Source: Psammoneis japonica (Eukaryota). Taken from it: a DNA stretch of 64,000 bases. The position numbers and the translations under genes are program-made. Of this stretch, positions 39,642 to 51,197 are shown in pieces; position 1 is the first letter of the stretch; each line of letters begins with the position of its first letter. The notes under the pieces were generated by a model, which saw only the letters and a list, made by a program, of their open reading frames with translations, was not told the DNA's origin and searched no databases. The stretch spans positions 1-64,000 of the forward strand of contig QPGO01000250.1 of NCBI GenBank assembly GCA_008632985.1, given 5' to 3'.

Positions 39642-40751
39642 ATGGTGATGGATGACTTTACGTGGCGGCTAGTCATGCGCTGGCTTGATGCTCGGGATGT
39701 CGGATCTGCGTCCAGAGTGTGTAAATCCTGGAACAAAATGCTCTCCTCAAGTCAAGACTGTGGAGACTTGTGGAAACAAATCTGCACAAACACTTATTCC
39801 GAGAGTACGGTCCAGAGTTTTCTCTCCGTACAACCGAACTGGGATTTCCGTCGCTTGGCTGAAGCGCTCCAGAGTTTTCTCTCCGTAAAACCGCACTGGG
39901 ATTTCCGTCGCTTGGCTGAAGCGCTCTCCAGGGAAGGGCTGATGGAGGAGCTTCCAATAGTTCCACTCACTCACAACCTTCCGTTGAACTCCATCTTTGC
40001 AGATGTGGAACTCTACCGAATCGAGAGATCCAACGATGTCAACAAAAACAATGGTCGCCGACACGTCATAGCTTCATGGACGCACGATCAGATTTGTCCC
40101 GATGCTTCGGATCAAATGTTGCGTGTGCGCGACACCGGAGGGGTGCTCACGGTTGAAAATCCGTACGCATCATCAACAGAATCCGGTCGAAAGTTTTGGT
40201 ACTGTGATGATGATGAAGCGCTCGGTTTGAAGGGCATCACTGGCATCACAAGAGACATTGTAGAAGATGCTGTGACAACACAGATTTGCACAGATTTCCC
40301 CCGACTCCAAGTTACTCTGTTCAGGCGTGACAACATGAAATCAGTGTGCATTATAGACAGTGAACTCAACCACGGAACCGAATATACGTACCCTGACATC
40401 TACGAAAAGATGTTCTCTTGGACGAATGAAGACATCAAGGTAGATTGCACTGATGCTGGAGGAAGGGCTCTCATTTTACAGGCCGAACATTTTGCACATG
40501 CCTTTCAATGCGAAGCGGGTGTCCATTTGAGAATCTTAGAGGAGAAGGAATTTCCTTGGCTTTCAGAGCTGAGAGACTGCAGAGGAGGGAAGCAGATTCG
40601 CAGCTTACTATCCAAAATACCTGCCTTCAAGGTTCAAATTTGTGACTTTAATCTGAGTTTTCATTGCACCAACACTGATTACCGGTATGTCTTATATTTG
40701 GTGAGTGAAAATAACACGGCTGTCGCATTGGAAGGCTTGCGTTGGCGATGA
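39642..40751 (+). CDS. F-box domain protein (369 aa) with an in-frame 57-bp tandem duplication
   Basis: N-terminal WRLVMRWLDARDVGSASRVCKSWNKM...LWKQIC; QSFLSV.P.WDFRRLAEAL twice (39811-39924). Confidence 0.8.
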   Translation: MVMDDFTWRLVMRWLDARDVGSASRVCKSWNKMLSSSQDCGDLWKQICTNTYSESTVQSFLSVQPNWDFRRLAEALQSFLSVKPHWDFRRLAEALSREGLMEELPIVPLTHNLPLNSIFADVELYRIERSNDVNKNNGRRHVIASWTHDQICPDASDQMLRVRDTGGVLTVENPYASSTESGRKFWYCDDDEALGLKGITGITRDIVEDAVTTQICTDFPRLQVTLFRRDNMKSVCIIDSELNHGTEYTYPDIYEKMFSWTNEDIKVDCTDAGGRALILQAEHFAHAFQCEAGVHLRILEEKEFPWLSELRDCRGGKQIRSLLSKIPAFKVQICDFNLSFHCTNTDYRYVLYLVSENNTAVALEGLRWR

Positions 40752-41187
40752 GCGAAGGAAGTGGAGGTATTGATGGTTGCGTTCCTACCTATAGAAAAGG
40801 CAGCACTCATCAAGTAGACAGCTCAGATTTACTCTCAGCATGTACGGTATTGCGGGTCGTGAAAGTCACTCAAGTATCAATATCCTGAAGCATGGTGGGA
40901 AAGACATTGTAGTTTATTGAGCCTTTGCATGCCGATACATGGCGACTCGTTCGGCATCTACATGGCTTGATTATTTATCATTAGACGTTTGACGTACTAC
41001 TGTGGTATTTTTATTGTCTATCATTAGACATTTGTCGAACTTTGGGCGTATTTAGTATCACATGTTGCAGAGTTGGAAGCGGTGCGGTATGCCGGTAGAT
41101 ACTCAACACTTCTGACCCGAGGTAAACAAGTTGGCAGTGCATAGATGCTATTGGCGCTACGAAGTTTGGACGATCGTGTTTGTTTCA

Positions 41188-41632
41188 TGTTGAATACCAA
41201 TGGATTCATCAGTTGTTCTTGGCTTTGGTACTTGAGATGCTAGTGGCTTTCATTTTCAAAACAAGTGGTGCGAGTAGCGATGCTTTTCAATTGTTCCATG
41301 CGAGAATGGCCGTTTGCTACATTGGCCATGGACCACATAATATGTTCCACATCAGTTCATATTTTTATCATCATTCGAACAATCTTTGGTACTAGAAAAG
41401 CTTTCGTGAAACTACAATGCTATCTCCTCTTTCTCAGATAACAATCCAGTCTGTCTCCTCTCTCGGGCTAGAGAGACAAAATGTACAACCGCGTGATCGC
41501 CCCAAACAATGCACGGCTGTGTTGAATATACCAATGGATTCATCATTTTTGCTCGACTTTGGTAATTGAGATGCACGAGTATCGATGCCTTTCGATTGTT
41601 CCATACAAGAGTGGTCGTGTACTACATTGGCC
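41188..41632. repeat. Degenerate ~120-140-bp direct repeat
   Basis: gttgaata(ta)ccaatggattcatca...ctttggta.ttgagatgc...ttgttccat...ctacattggcc at ~41188-41327 and ~41520-41632. Confidence 0.75.
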
Positions 41633-43609
41633 TAGACGGCATCTCTAGCTTGTACTATTTCCTATATTTTCTCAACATTCGGTTTCACATGGAGTTGAGG
41701 ACGAAAATGCCAAATCAAAATAGGAAGCAGTAGTGTTGCAAGGGGGCACAAAGGAGGGAAGGTGCTGCGTGGGTTTCCAAGTGTTTTCCAATCGACCACT
41801 TCCGTGAAACGTCCAGCGAGAAAAATATAAGGCCCGTCAATAGATTTGATCCATGTAAACAAACTGCACCCAGCAAAATCCAAGAATATGCGGCAATAAT
41901 GATTTCATGTCAATCGCGTTGTCTGAAAGGAGCTCGACTGAGACTAAAGATCGCACCACCGAACCTGACATTCCGAAGAAGAATGACGGCTTTTTGGTCC
42001 GGCTGGAGCTGTGGATTCGTGTTGCTTGACCCAAGAAACAAAAGAAGCGATAGAGTCGATGCAATCAACAAGGAGAAGCAGTACAGATTCTGTCGCTTTT
42101 GTCGTCTCAAAGTAATACTGCGCCACCTGACAGTGGCAGTGTGACGGAGGTAGAGCCTGTAGCTGCGCCTGTTTTTTCTGCCCGCGACAATGAGCCATGA
42201 TGGCTCTTGAAGACGACGATCGAGACTCCAAGAACGATTAAAACGACGATGCTGTCGCCACTGCACAAGTTGAGGATGATTCAAGTTCTGTTGCTTTGTC
42301 TGAAACAAACTCTAGACTAAAGATTGCACCGCGATACAGCCTGATCCACCGCCAATCTTTTCCAACAACAACTTCATACTTTTTCCATACTCGCCACGCC
42401 GGCTGTGTTGGCCTTGCAGCCCTGGCAGCAGCTTGGAGGAGCGCGTTGCCGAATTAGAACATGAGAATATTCTCATAAAATATGGAGGCTCGAAGATCTC
42501 TAGAAGCAATTCTCGGAGGCCAGTACGTGCAAGATCACTCGTGGTCGAGTGTCACAGTTTTACAGTGTGCTGTGCTTTGCGTCCCTCAACGTTTCACACG
42601 GCACAAGGAGTGAATGTTATGATCAATTGTCTGCAGCCCTGCAGGTCCGTTGCAGAGAGCAAAGATCTGGGAAGCACGCGGGTTCATTGGTCGACAAGCG
42701 CAGATCCTACTAGATTCAAGGTGTCGAGCGGCGTGCCAGCCACCTCAACCATTATTCTCTACACCTCTCGTCCCATAAAAGCATGTGCATTTGTGGTTGA
42801 TCCACACAATCGTCTAGATTCTCGTCGATACCCACTCAGATTCTTTACAGTCAAAGGACAGAGGATTATGATGACATTCTGAAAAGCGGGTTGTCAAGAG
42901 CGCGAGCATCCCATAAAGTATCACGTTTCCTTCCCAACCAGAAGGTCATGTGGTCGTTGCACTTATTTGTCTCGTCATTCGCTCGTGTGCCACATCAAGC
43001 ATTCTACACGGATGCGTAATGAGATGCAAAAAGAAGAGGCAAGGTATGTGTCGTTCTCACACTTCAGAACCAGGCGATCCAAACGCAAGAAGCACAAAAG
43101 ATAGGAATTGTCGACTGGTTCTGCTATCCTGTATCCGAGCTCTGAGCTTCACTATCCCGAATCGCGACGCGAGTTGCTAGAACTTGTTGGAGTGGGGTTA
43201 CCCTCCATCACTGTCTTGATAAACTCGCGCTCGAAGTCTTTTCACGCCACAATCCAAATCAAGCTCGTGGTTTAGAATTAAGTCTCGTCAGAACTGCAGA
43301 GACGCAGTTAAACCTACGATGAACGGTTGAAGGAATGGTACAATGGCATCAGATCTCTTTTCCATAGACGATGACCGACAGCCCGAGACTGTCTTCGAGC
43401 ACGCAAGCATACAACGAAATACCGGAAAGCAATCCTCAGCTACTATTCTTACATTTATCATCTCTTATTCAATGGACCTCTACGGCTACACTGGCTTTCA
43501 ATCGGTTGCCATTCATTCCACTTCTTTCAGGTGCAGGCTCCACACTCGCATTTTCCCAAGACCTGTCACGTCATCAGTTTCAATGATGCTCGTTGATAGT
43601 CTTCTGCTC

Positions 43610-45030
43610 TCATTTCGGGAAGGCAAACTCTCCAAGTTTATGATAGTTTTCGCCAGTGTTCAAAGCTGAAGTGCGCATGTTTCTTCCAGCGTGAAGCCGA
43701 ATTTTTGTTCCGGTTGGCGGGTCGTCGGCTCGGACGGTGATTTCGTATGAGGCGGACTTCAACACCCGAACTTTCATTTCCTGGATGGCTCCGACCTCCT
43801 TGAAAAACGTGTTTGACCAGGTCACACCGTTTTCTCCTTTCATGCGGCATACATAGTCCATCTCAAGGTAAGGCTCTTCAACGCCAGGGAGGCCAATCAC
43901 CTGGACAGGATCGCTCCAGGCGTGAGGATCTTGCGGACCCTTTCAATTTCAGAAAAATCATGATGCCGCATACTACGAAACTTCACAGGGAGGACGTCTT
44001 TTAGGTTGTTTTCCTGTTTGGGATCCAGAAGAGATCAAACAAATGCCAATCGCCCTCGTGAAACACAACTACCCATTTACCCACCACAAGGCAGCTGCTC
44101 CTGTCATGCAGTGGCAAGGCACACTTCTTGGTGAAGCGGTAGTACCATCCATCCTCAGCCAAATGGGCCCTAATCCCTCCCGTCTCCGCCGTGAGGTATG
44201 CACGATGTTGTGGCCAGTCAGCGTTGTCACGAACAAGCAAGGGTCGCAAACTATGACCGGTCAATGGTGGAAGGCTTTTATCCGCTATGCGATCCAACAA
44301 ACCCCGCAAAGCTTAGAAGTGTGGGAGGGGGAAAGATGTCGTACACCCCAAGCATTTCCCTTTCTAGATCTCAGACCCGTCGGATTGCGTGCGGCCCACT
44401 CGGTTTCATTAAGCGTATAAACTTCTCCAGTCATCCTCCACCTTCCTATCCCAAATGTGGAGTCTTGTTTTTGGAGTAGGACCGTTATCGCCGAAAAACA
44501 GCACGATAGTATCGTCAGACAGGTCATTTCTCTCCAATTCTTGAAGAACCCTCCAACCTGAAAATCGAGTTGGTCGATCATCCCGAGGAGTATTGAGTAT
44601 GATTTCTCCAATCCCCATTCGCATGTACTTCTTCTGGAGCCTCGTCTGGCAGTTCCATGGTTCATGAGGCTGGGCACATGGAAGGTAGAGAAAAAACTTG
44701 TCTTCTTTATGCCGCTTTGTGAAATCGATTGCTTTGTCCGTGACCCTCTCATCCTGCCAGCCCAGTTCATACCAACACATGTGCCGTTGCGAGCAAATGG
44801 CGCGTTGTAGTGATCGCACTTACCCAAACCGACTCTCCGCCTTCTGTCACTTCCTACATTTCGTCAAAGCCACGGCGGATCGGTCGTTCAGCATCCGATG
44901 AGCCAAGGTTCCATTTGCCAACCATTCCTGTTACATGTCCAGCATCCTGTAAGGCTTCGCCGAGCAAGTGCTCGTCAAGGTGTGGTGCATCTCCCCCAAA
45001 ACCAACTGCAGCCGTTCCCGTGCGCATGAA
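43610..45030 (-). pseudogene. Arylsulfatase A-like gene, multiply frameshifted, catalytic N-terminus not found
   Basis: [70 protein letters not shown] and WHLFDL in different frames; no CxPxR motif seen. Confidence 0.85.
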
Positions 45031-46185
45031 ATTCCCATTGAATTTGTGCTAGAAGAAATCAAGGGCGTGTGGATTCATGGAATTGGTGAATGCAGAGGCT
45101 TGTGCGCCTGTGTCTCAAAGCCTGAGCTTTGGAAGAGACAATGCAGCCAATGCTGATGGAGACTTTGCACCTTGCTTGGGAACAACAGTGGAACACACCA
45201 CAAGCAACAAAACAAGTTGTGCCCATTTAACTCAAGACCAAGTCTCTTTGCCCCAGACTCCGTAGAATCAAACAGAGCTTGCACACAGCAACCCAGGCCC
45301 ATCTCAACTTTTGCCGTGCAACTGCAGGATCAAGATCATCATGAGCCTGTGCTGCTCTTGTGGAATTGCCATCTGATGAGCACACTGCAGTTGAGACCAT
45401 TGCTGCTGTGGATGGTGTCAGAAGCACAAGCTTTCAGCCATCACATGTCCATGTGAATGGCTCACAGAAGCAGTCAATGCTGCAATGACAGCAGCCATGA
45501 CATGCGGCAGGTTGCTCCCATTGGATGACTTGACACAGTCTTGGCAAAAGCTGTCCCATGATGGGCCAAGTTCAAGAAGAAGATGTGCCATTGTTCAGTG
45601 CCTTCCAGAAGGACATGATGAGTGCCATTGCAGAGACTTTGATCAACAAGCCACAAGCAGCATTGACCCAACTGGAAGACATGAGAAAGTGCAAAGCTGG
45701 TGGCAGAAATGAAGAGAACTTTTTATGATGAGGACTGCACACCTCTGTCAATGACAACACGATGGCTTGGGCAATGCGCAACAACTCACCACAATGCGGA
45801 CATTTCTCTCTTCTTTGCCAAGCAGTGACAAACCTTTTGCTTCTTCTGGCAACAAGTGAAAAGGCATTTCTTCCTCCACTTCATCTTGAAGAGGCACCCA
45901 AGAAAAGCCCCAAGGACAGTGAAAGGAACAGAAAGCATCCTCTGAATTCAAGAAGACGTCCAGTGGCATTGGCACGTTCTTCTTGGAGAAGCAGAGAAAC
46001 AACAGCACTGCTCAAGGTGCTTCATTTTGGTTCTGGCATGATTGTCTCTGTTGCGGTGTTGCAAACACCAAATGCAAAGCTGTGGTTTGCATTCCAATGA
46101 TTCTGTTCATCTCAATCATTGCACAGGAAACCTTGTCAGGCAAATCCCTTCCCCCCAACAGTGTCCTGCCAGCAGCATTGTGGGT

Positions 46186-47030
46186 CCACCACCCACATTT
46201 TTGTTTTGGAATGGTGTGCAGATTTGGTGGAACAAGTCCAGCTTGTTGGGGTCATTGCAGCTCCAAATTGATGGCACTCTGGACCAGCTGACTGATTTGA
46301 TGCACTTGGATCTGTGTTTGGGTGTGACTTGGTTCTGCAGCTCATCATTTCCCATGGATGAATTGCACATTTTGACAGCCACCTTTTTGACACCATGTGA
46401 CTGGCATTGCTCATGTTGTTTGGGAGTGACATGGCCCAAGTGATCTTGGGCTCAAATGGAGACATTGTTGTGTTTGGTGTTTTCATCCACAACAATGTCA
46501 AATTGTCTGCTTCTCAAGGCTTGTTCCAACTGCCTTTTGCTCTCTTTCTTGGAGTGTTGATGTGGTTGAGTGGCATTGCCAAATTCTTGTGGATTTGGGG
46601 CAAAGTTGGCTTTGTGGCCAGTGTTGTTGACTGAAGCTTGGATGAAAGGGAGGAGATGCCATTGTCGCTCTTGACACTGCTTGTGTTGGCAGATTTGGCT
46701 GATTCTGACTGCCTCCAACGCAGCTGCTGCACCAGAGGGGATTTGGATTTCGTCGTTGTCATCATCGCTGCTGCTGCCATCATCGCAACTGGCAGGGTTG
46801 TTCTTTTGCCAAGTTCTTGTCACAAATGGCTTGTGGCAACATGGCACAGAGTGATGCAATGCATTTTCCAACTTTGCCACCACCATGACGAAACGTGGCT
46901 GCTGACTTGTGTGTTGTTTTTGTTGCCACTTGTTGCATGGCACCATCTTTTGCAAAAGGCCCCACCTCCTTTTTTTGCTCATTTCTTTCTCATCAGAGGA
47001 TGAATCACAAGTCTCCAACAAGTCCATCAT
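46186..47030 (-). pseudogene. PRCC-like (MAD2B-interacting family) gene relic inside a TA-depleted domain
   Basis: N-terminus MDLLETCDSSSDE (cf. MSLVAYxSSDE); C-terminus HQISQLVQSAINLELQ*...KQKCGWW (cf. KHQI..L...A...E...KYG[WF]*); frameshifts. Confidence 0.7.
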
Positions 47031-47787
47031 TTGCAGACAATGTCAAGATGAAGCAGAGCACGACACCAGACGGCACCTGCTCTCTGGCACAAGTTGTCAC
47101 AAAGGCATGTGTTGTGTTTTGTGCCATGGTCTCTCCACTCATCGTGCTTTCAACTGAAGCATGTGGACTTCAGCACTCTTCTGCATGCAAGAGCTCATGG
47201 CTGGAGTGCCCCACATGTTGCAGAGATGTCACAAAGGCATGACAAAAACTCACACCATTTGCACTGGAAAAAATGGGCTGTTGTCATGATGGTCACGATC
47301 GTCACAATCGGGGTTGCCAAAAACAACAAATTTGAGCTCTTGGCTTTGGCACTTTCCAGGCAGGGAACTTTTTGTTCATGGGTGTGGTGTGCTGTCCATG
47401 CACTTGTGTGTTGGCACTTGATGGCCTGCAACGGTTTGATCTGAGCACAGATGCACAGAAACAAACCCAGCTGCCCGTTTGGCCTTAAATTTGAGAGCTG
47501 AGTGGGCAGACCCGTGTGCCCCAGCTGGAGATTTTGCTCTGACTTGCCTGGCAGAGCAAGACACCAGACTGTTGATGTTGGAATTTGCCAAGACATCTTG
47601 CAAAAACAGGAGCATGCCCAAGTTTCTCACACCTGTCAGGTGCAGGAGCCACAAAAAGAGGCACCAAGTGACAGACAGGTCTCTGCCACAGCAGCTCTGC
47701 CAGGCAGCAGTCACACTGGCGACTGTCGCTGCAGCGACCTGAGTTTGGTTGTGCCAGTGGCCACGATCAACGAGGTGGAGTGGTTGT

Positions 47788-47998
47788 CCACGGCCAGCCG
47801 CCGCTCACCGCGGGGATGTTTGTGTTGTCAACTTCTTGCATTTCAAAAGAGTGTGCTGCATGTGATCTTGACAAGCGCGCGCCCGCTGATGGATGACAAT
47901 CGTGTGAATTTGAACTTGTCTGAACGGGGCCACAAATGAGTGAAACAACAATCGGAGGCAGGTGCATTGCATTGCTGAAAGACACCTTTTTGCCAACA
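47788..47998 (+). repeat. Mutated paralog of the upstream region (52505-52790) of the Cys-rich gene
   Basis: Shared blocks ccacggcca, gctcaccgcgggg, caagcgcgcgcccgc.gatggatgaca.tcgtgtgaatt, tgcattgcat..tgctgaaagac and tttgccaaca. Confidence 0.85.
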
Positions 47999-48014
47999 GC
48001 CAGGTCATGCCCGA

Positions 48015-48317
48015 GTGTTCCAGTGCCACAACTCTACAGATCGTTGGGTCCAAACAGGAAAGGGCATTAACCAACTTGCTGCTGACGATGCTTTTGGCCA
48101 CTCTGTGTCTCTCTCATACGCGGGATACATTCTTGCCGTGGGAACGCCGTCTGACACCACCGAAAAAGGCTTTAATTCAGGATCAGCGAGATTGTTCCGA
48201 TACAGTCGTGCCACATCATCCTGGCAGCAGCTTGGACAGACCCTTCTCGCTCAAGCACAAGGAGAGTGGTTTGGCGAAAACTATGTAAATGATGTAGAAA
48301 CCATGTACCAATCGTGA
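48015..48317 (+). pseudogene. FG-GAP (integrin-alpha-like propeller) repeat fragment
   Basis: WVQTGKGI...DAFGHSVSLSYAGYILAVGTP...GSARLFRY...WQQLGQTL...EWFGEN; only about 1.3 repeats. Confidence 0.7.
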
Positions 48318-48396
48318 CGCAGAAACTTTGTAAAAATGAAGAGGACAGGCGGGTTTTTTACTTGCAGTAAATGTACTGATCGTCAAACACTAAAAA

Positions 48397-49659
48397 CTAA
48401 TCAGTCACTGCCACATCAAGAACTTGTTGCAGAAGCTCGCGAAGGTCAATTTCCAAATTGGGCACTGTAATCTTCTGTTCACCCACAAGTTCACTTAAGA
48501 AACGAGGCTCGTCCATGTCTGCCGTTTTGTAAGTAACCTTGTGCAAAATTCCTTCCAGCGGAATCTTTAGCACCAGATCTTGAAGAGTCTCATCTGTATT
48601 GGGATAGTCTTGCGGGATATCTGTAGGACGTATCCATGCATCAGGCGAGACACCAACAAGGCAGTTGCAATCATCTTTGGAAAACTCTTCTTTGTGTTCT
48701 TGGGAAAGATCTTTTGTTCCAAAGCTAATTGCATGCATTACCTTTATGTCAATGTCATTTCCTTCTTCCCTTCCCCACAGAAACATAGCAGCTTCCATCT
48801 TGCCATCGTCATCAACACCGTAGAGTTTTGCCGCGAGATACAAACGATTGTAGTTTGATTTCATGAGAACTTTTCCATTCCGGCGGATGTCCAGCGGGCT
48901 TCTGTTTTTCCATTCCACTTCCCAGATGAAGCGAGAATAAGGCACATTTCCATTCCGCTTGTCTAAATCGTCCTTATCATTGTAATTCTTATACTTCCTC
49001 TTGGGGAAAACCCGAAGGTCAGGTTGTGGATTCGCGTAGGTCCCGGAGCTCAAACCACTGTTGAGAACTTGACGAAGCAAAGGACTTCCAAGTCGCCATG
49101 AGCCAATGGTGTGTGAAACATACGCATCCGCAGCACCATGTTCTGGTCCAGGCATGTAGGAGATAAACAAGGCTGATATTGTTTTTCCATAATACTCAAT
49201 TGCTGGAAAGAACAAATATTTTCCCTTGAGCATTTCCTCTCCAGGGGTCCAGCTTTTCTCTAAATTCGTTGCCACAAGAAGAACCGATCGACCATCAACG
49301 GTACTGCTCGTACTATCCATGAAACATCGGCGGAACTCGCTGTACGCCTTGTCCCAGTGCGCAGCAGGAATCATTCCATGGTTGCAGCTTGCGTCATAGG
49401 GAACGTAATGCGACGATTCTTCAGAGCCAATGCTACCCGGTAGTTTCTTTTCTAGTTCATCCTTGAGCCACTCTTTGGCCTGAACTTTGAGTCCAAACGG
49501 ATTATCATTACAAGTACTGGCTTGCTCGGGTTTTTCTTCGTCTCGGCTCACTGCCGGAGGAGGCAATGAAGGGAGCGAGGTGAATGACTCATTGTGTCGG
49601 GCTCTTTTTCGGGAATTTGCGGAAAAGACACCACCGTAGTCCGATGCAGAGGTCGCCAT
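48397..49659 (-). CDS. Protein with a Uma2/PD-(D/E)XK restriction-endonuclease-like domain
   Basis: Long intact ORF (first ATG at 49659, open to 49752; an upstream exon is possible); motifs MPGPEHG, QPDLRVFP and FIWEVEWKN. Confidence 0.65.
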   Translation of the reverse strand: MATSASDYGGVFSANSRKRARHNESFTSLPSLPPPAVSRDEEKPEQASTCNDNPFGLKVQAKEWLKDELEKKLPGSIGSEESSHYVPYDASCNHGMIPAAHWDKAYSEFRRCFMDSTSSTVDGRSVLLVATNLEKSWTPGEEMLKGKYLFFPAIEYYGKTISALFISYMPGPEHGAADAYVSHTIGSWRLGSPLLRQVLNSGLSSGTYANPQPDLRVFPKRKYKNYNDKDDLDKRNGNVPYSRFIWEVEWKNRSPLDIRRNGKVLMKSNYNRLYLAAKLYGVDDDGKMEAAMFLWGREEGNDIDIKVMHAISFGTKDLSQEHKEEFSKDDCNCLVGVSPDAWIRPTDIPQDYPNTDETLQDLVLKIPLEGILHKVTYKTADMDEPRFLSELVGEQKITVPNLEIDLRELLQQVLDVAVTD

Positions 49660-50049
49660 TGTCAAACCGTATGCGCTTTGCGAAGTGGAAGTATAGTAAA
49701 CATCGTCGTCGGACGACCGTGGTTTTACTACTCTGTTGATGGATGGTTGCACCTAAGTACCGTCCGTGCACTCTTGACACGTGACACAGTCGATGATGGA
49801 AAGTTCTGAGAGTGAGTCGGCTTATTCCGGGGGGGGGGGGGCACGGTAAGCTCTGGCGGTTTTTTCGGAAGATGAGGTGTGAGTTAGTTTTAGGTGGGAT
49901 CATTGAAACATGTGTGAGCATTCAAACAATTGATGTTGGGCTGCTGCAACCAAGGGATGCGTTGAGAACTTTTGCAACAGTCACCGCTTGTTGCGCTCTT
50001 TGCAGGCCACCAGCACTCGCAATGTCGAGACTGATCTGGAGGTGACTGG

Positions 50050-51197
50050 CGCCAGTGTGGCAAGTCGTGGAAGCAACCGCATGGACTCCTCATTGCTTGT
50101 CACGTGTGCTCAATCTTTCCAGCATGCAGTTGATGGCAAGGACATTTCTGTTGGTTGCTTGGTGACAGAGCCATTCATCGTCATGTCTGCGAGAAGAATG
50201 GCCCACACCCAAATGGCCCAAAGGAGGCTGGTGTGGCTCGTGGCAATGACAGTTTCGACAACTTGGTTGGCCTCACCAACACAAGATCTGTCATTGACGC
50301 CAACACCAAATCTGTCTCCCGCTGCAAAGCCAACAGTGTCTCCAACAGTTGACGCAACTTCTCCATCCAGTGTGGCTCCTGCCACTTCAAGCCCCCGCCC
50401 AAATTTCCGCGGCAACCCCGCTGAGATGCTCCAGCCAGTCTGCCAACAATGCCGCTTCCAACGCTCTGCCCAACTCCAAGATGCGGACTCACCAAAGCAC
50501 GTGGGTTCAGTCTTGCCATGCAACACTTGTCCAATGGGTTGCCATGCCGATTGTTTGCTTGTGGCGCGGCAGGAGCACCACAAAGTGTCTTGTCGCCATT
50601 GCCACATCTGGAAGTTCCAAGGAAAACGCCTGCACAGTGGCTGCAAGCATGGACAAAACAACAACTCTCAGAGCCAAGAATTGTCTCTGATGTTGGCACT
50701 TTCTCTGCACATCTTTGTCAGTGCCGTCAGTCTCCACTCGAGTGACCTCGGCTGGAGCAAGTGAAGCTGTTCCCAAAACTTGCTGGTTCTCTTCTTGCAG
50801 GCTGACACATTTTGACTTCCACAACGTGTCCAAGCTGGGCTTCCACAGCAATGGCTTCACCTTCAGCATTGTGGTCACTGCTGGAGGAAGACACAGGCGG
50901 GTTTTTGGGTTGCGCTGTTTCAATTTCAGTCAGGTCATCATTGCCGCCCCCTGCTCTTGGAATTTGTCTGCAGCAATTCAGTGCAAAGGCACCTGGCACA
51001 ACACTTGTGGACGATGAGAGGAGAGCATTTGGTTCATTGCTTTTTGGTGGTGATTCATCTTCTTCATTGTTTTGGGCACATGAGAGAGAATCTTTGCCGG
51101 CAGCCACTGAAGGAGTGGCTCCTGGATCTTCTTCTTCCAGCAGATCATCATCATGCTCTTGTTCTGATTGCTTTTGCACTTTTGCTTTTTGGTTCAT
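50050..51197 (-). pseudogene. TA-depleted relic of an FG-GAP-repeat membrane protein gene
   Basis: Acidic disordered N-terminus with VVPGAFA...AVEAQL, followed by WQPIGQVLHG...CFGESAS and GFAAGDRFGVGV in shifting frames. Confidence 0.55.
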
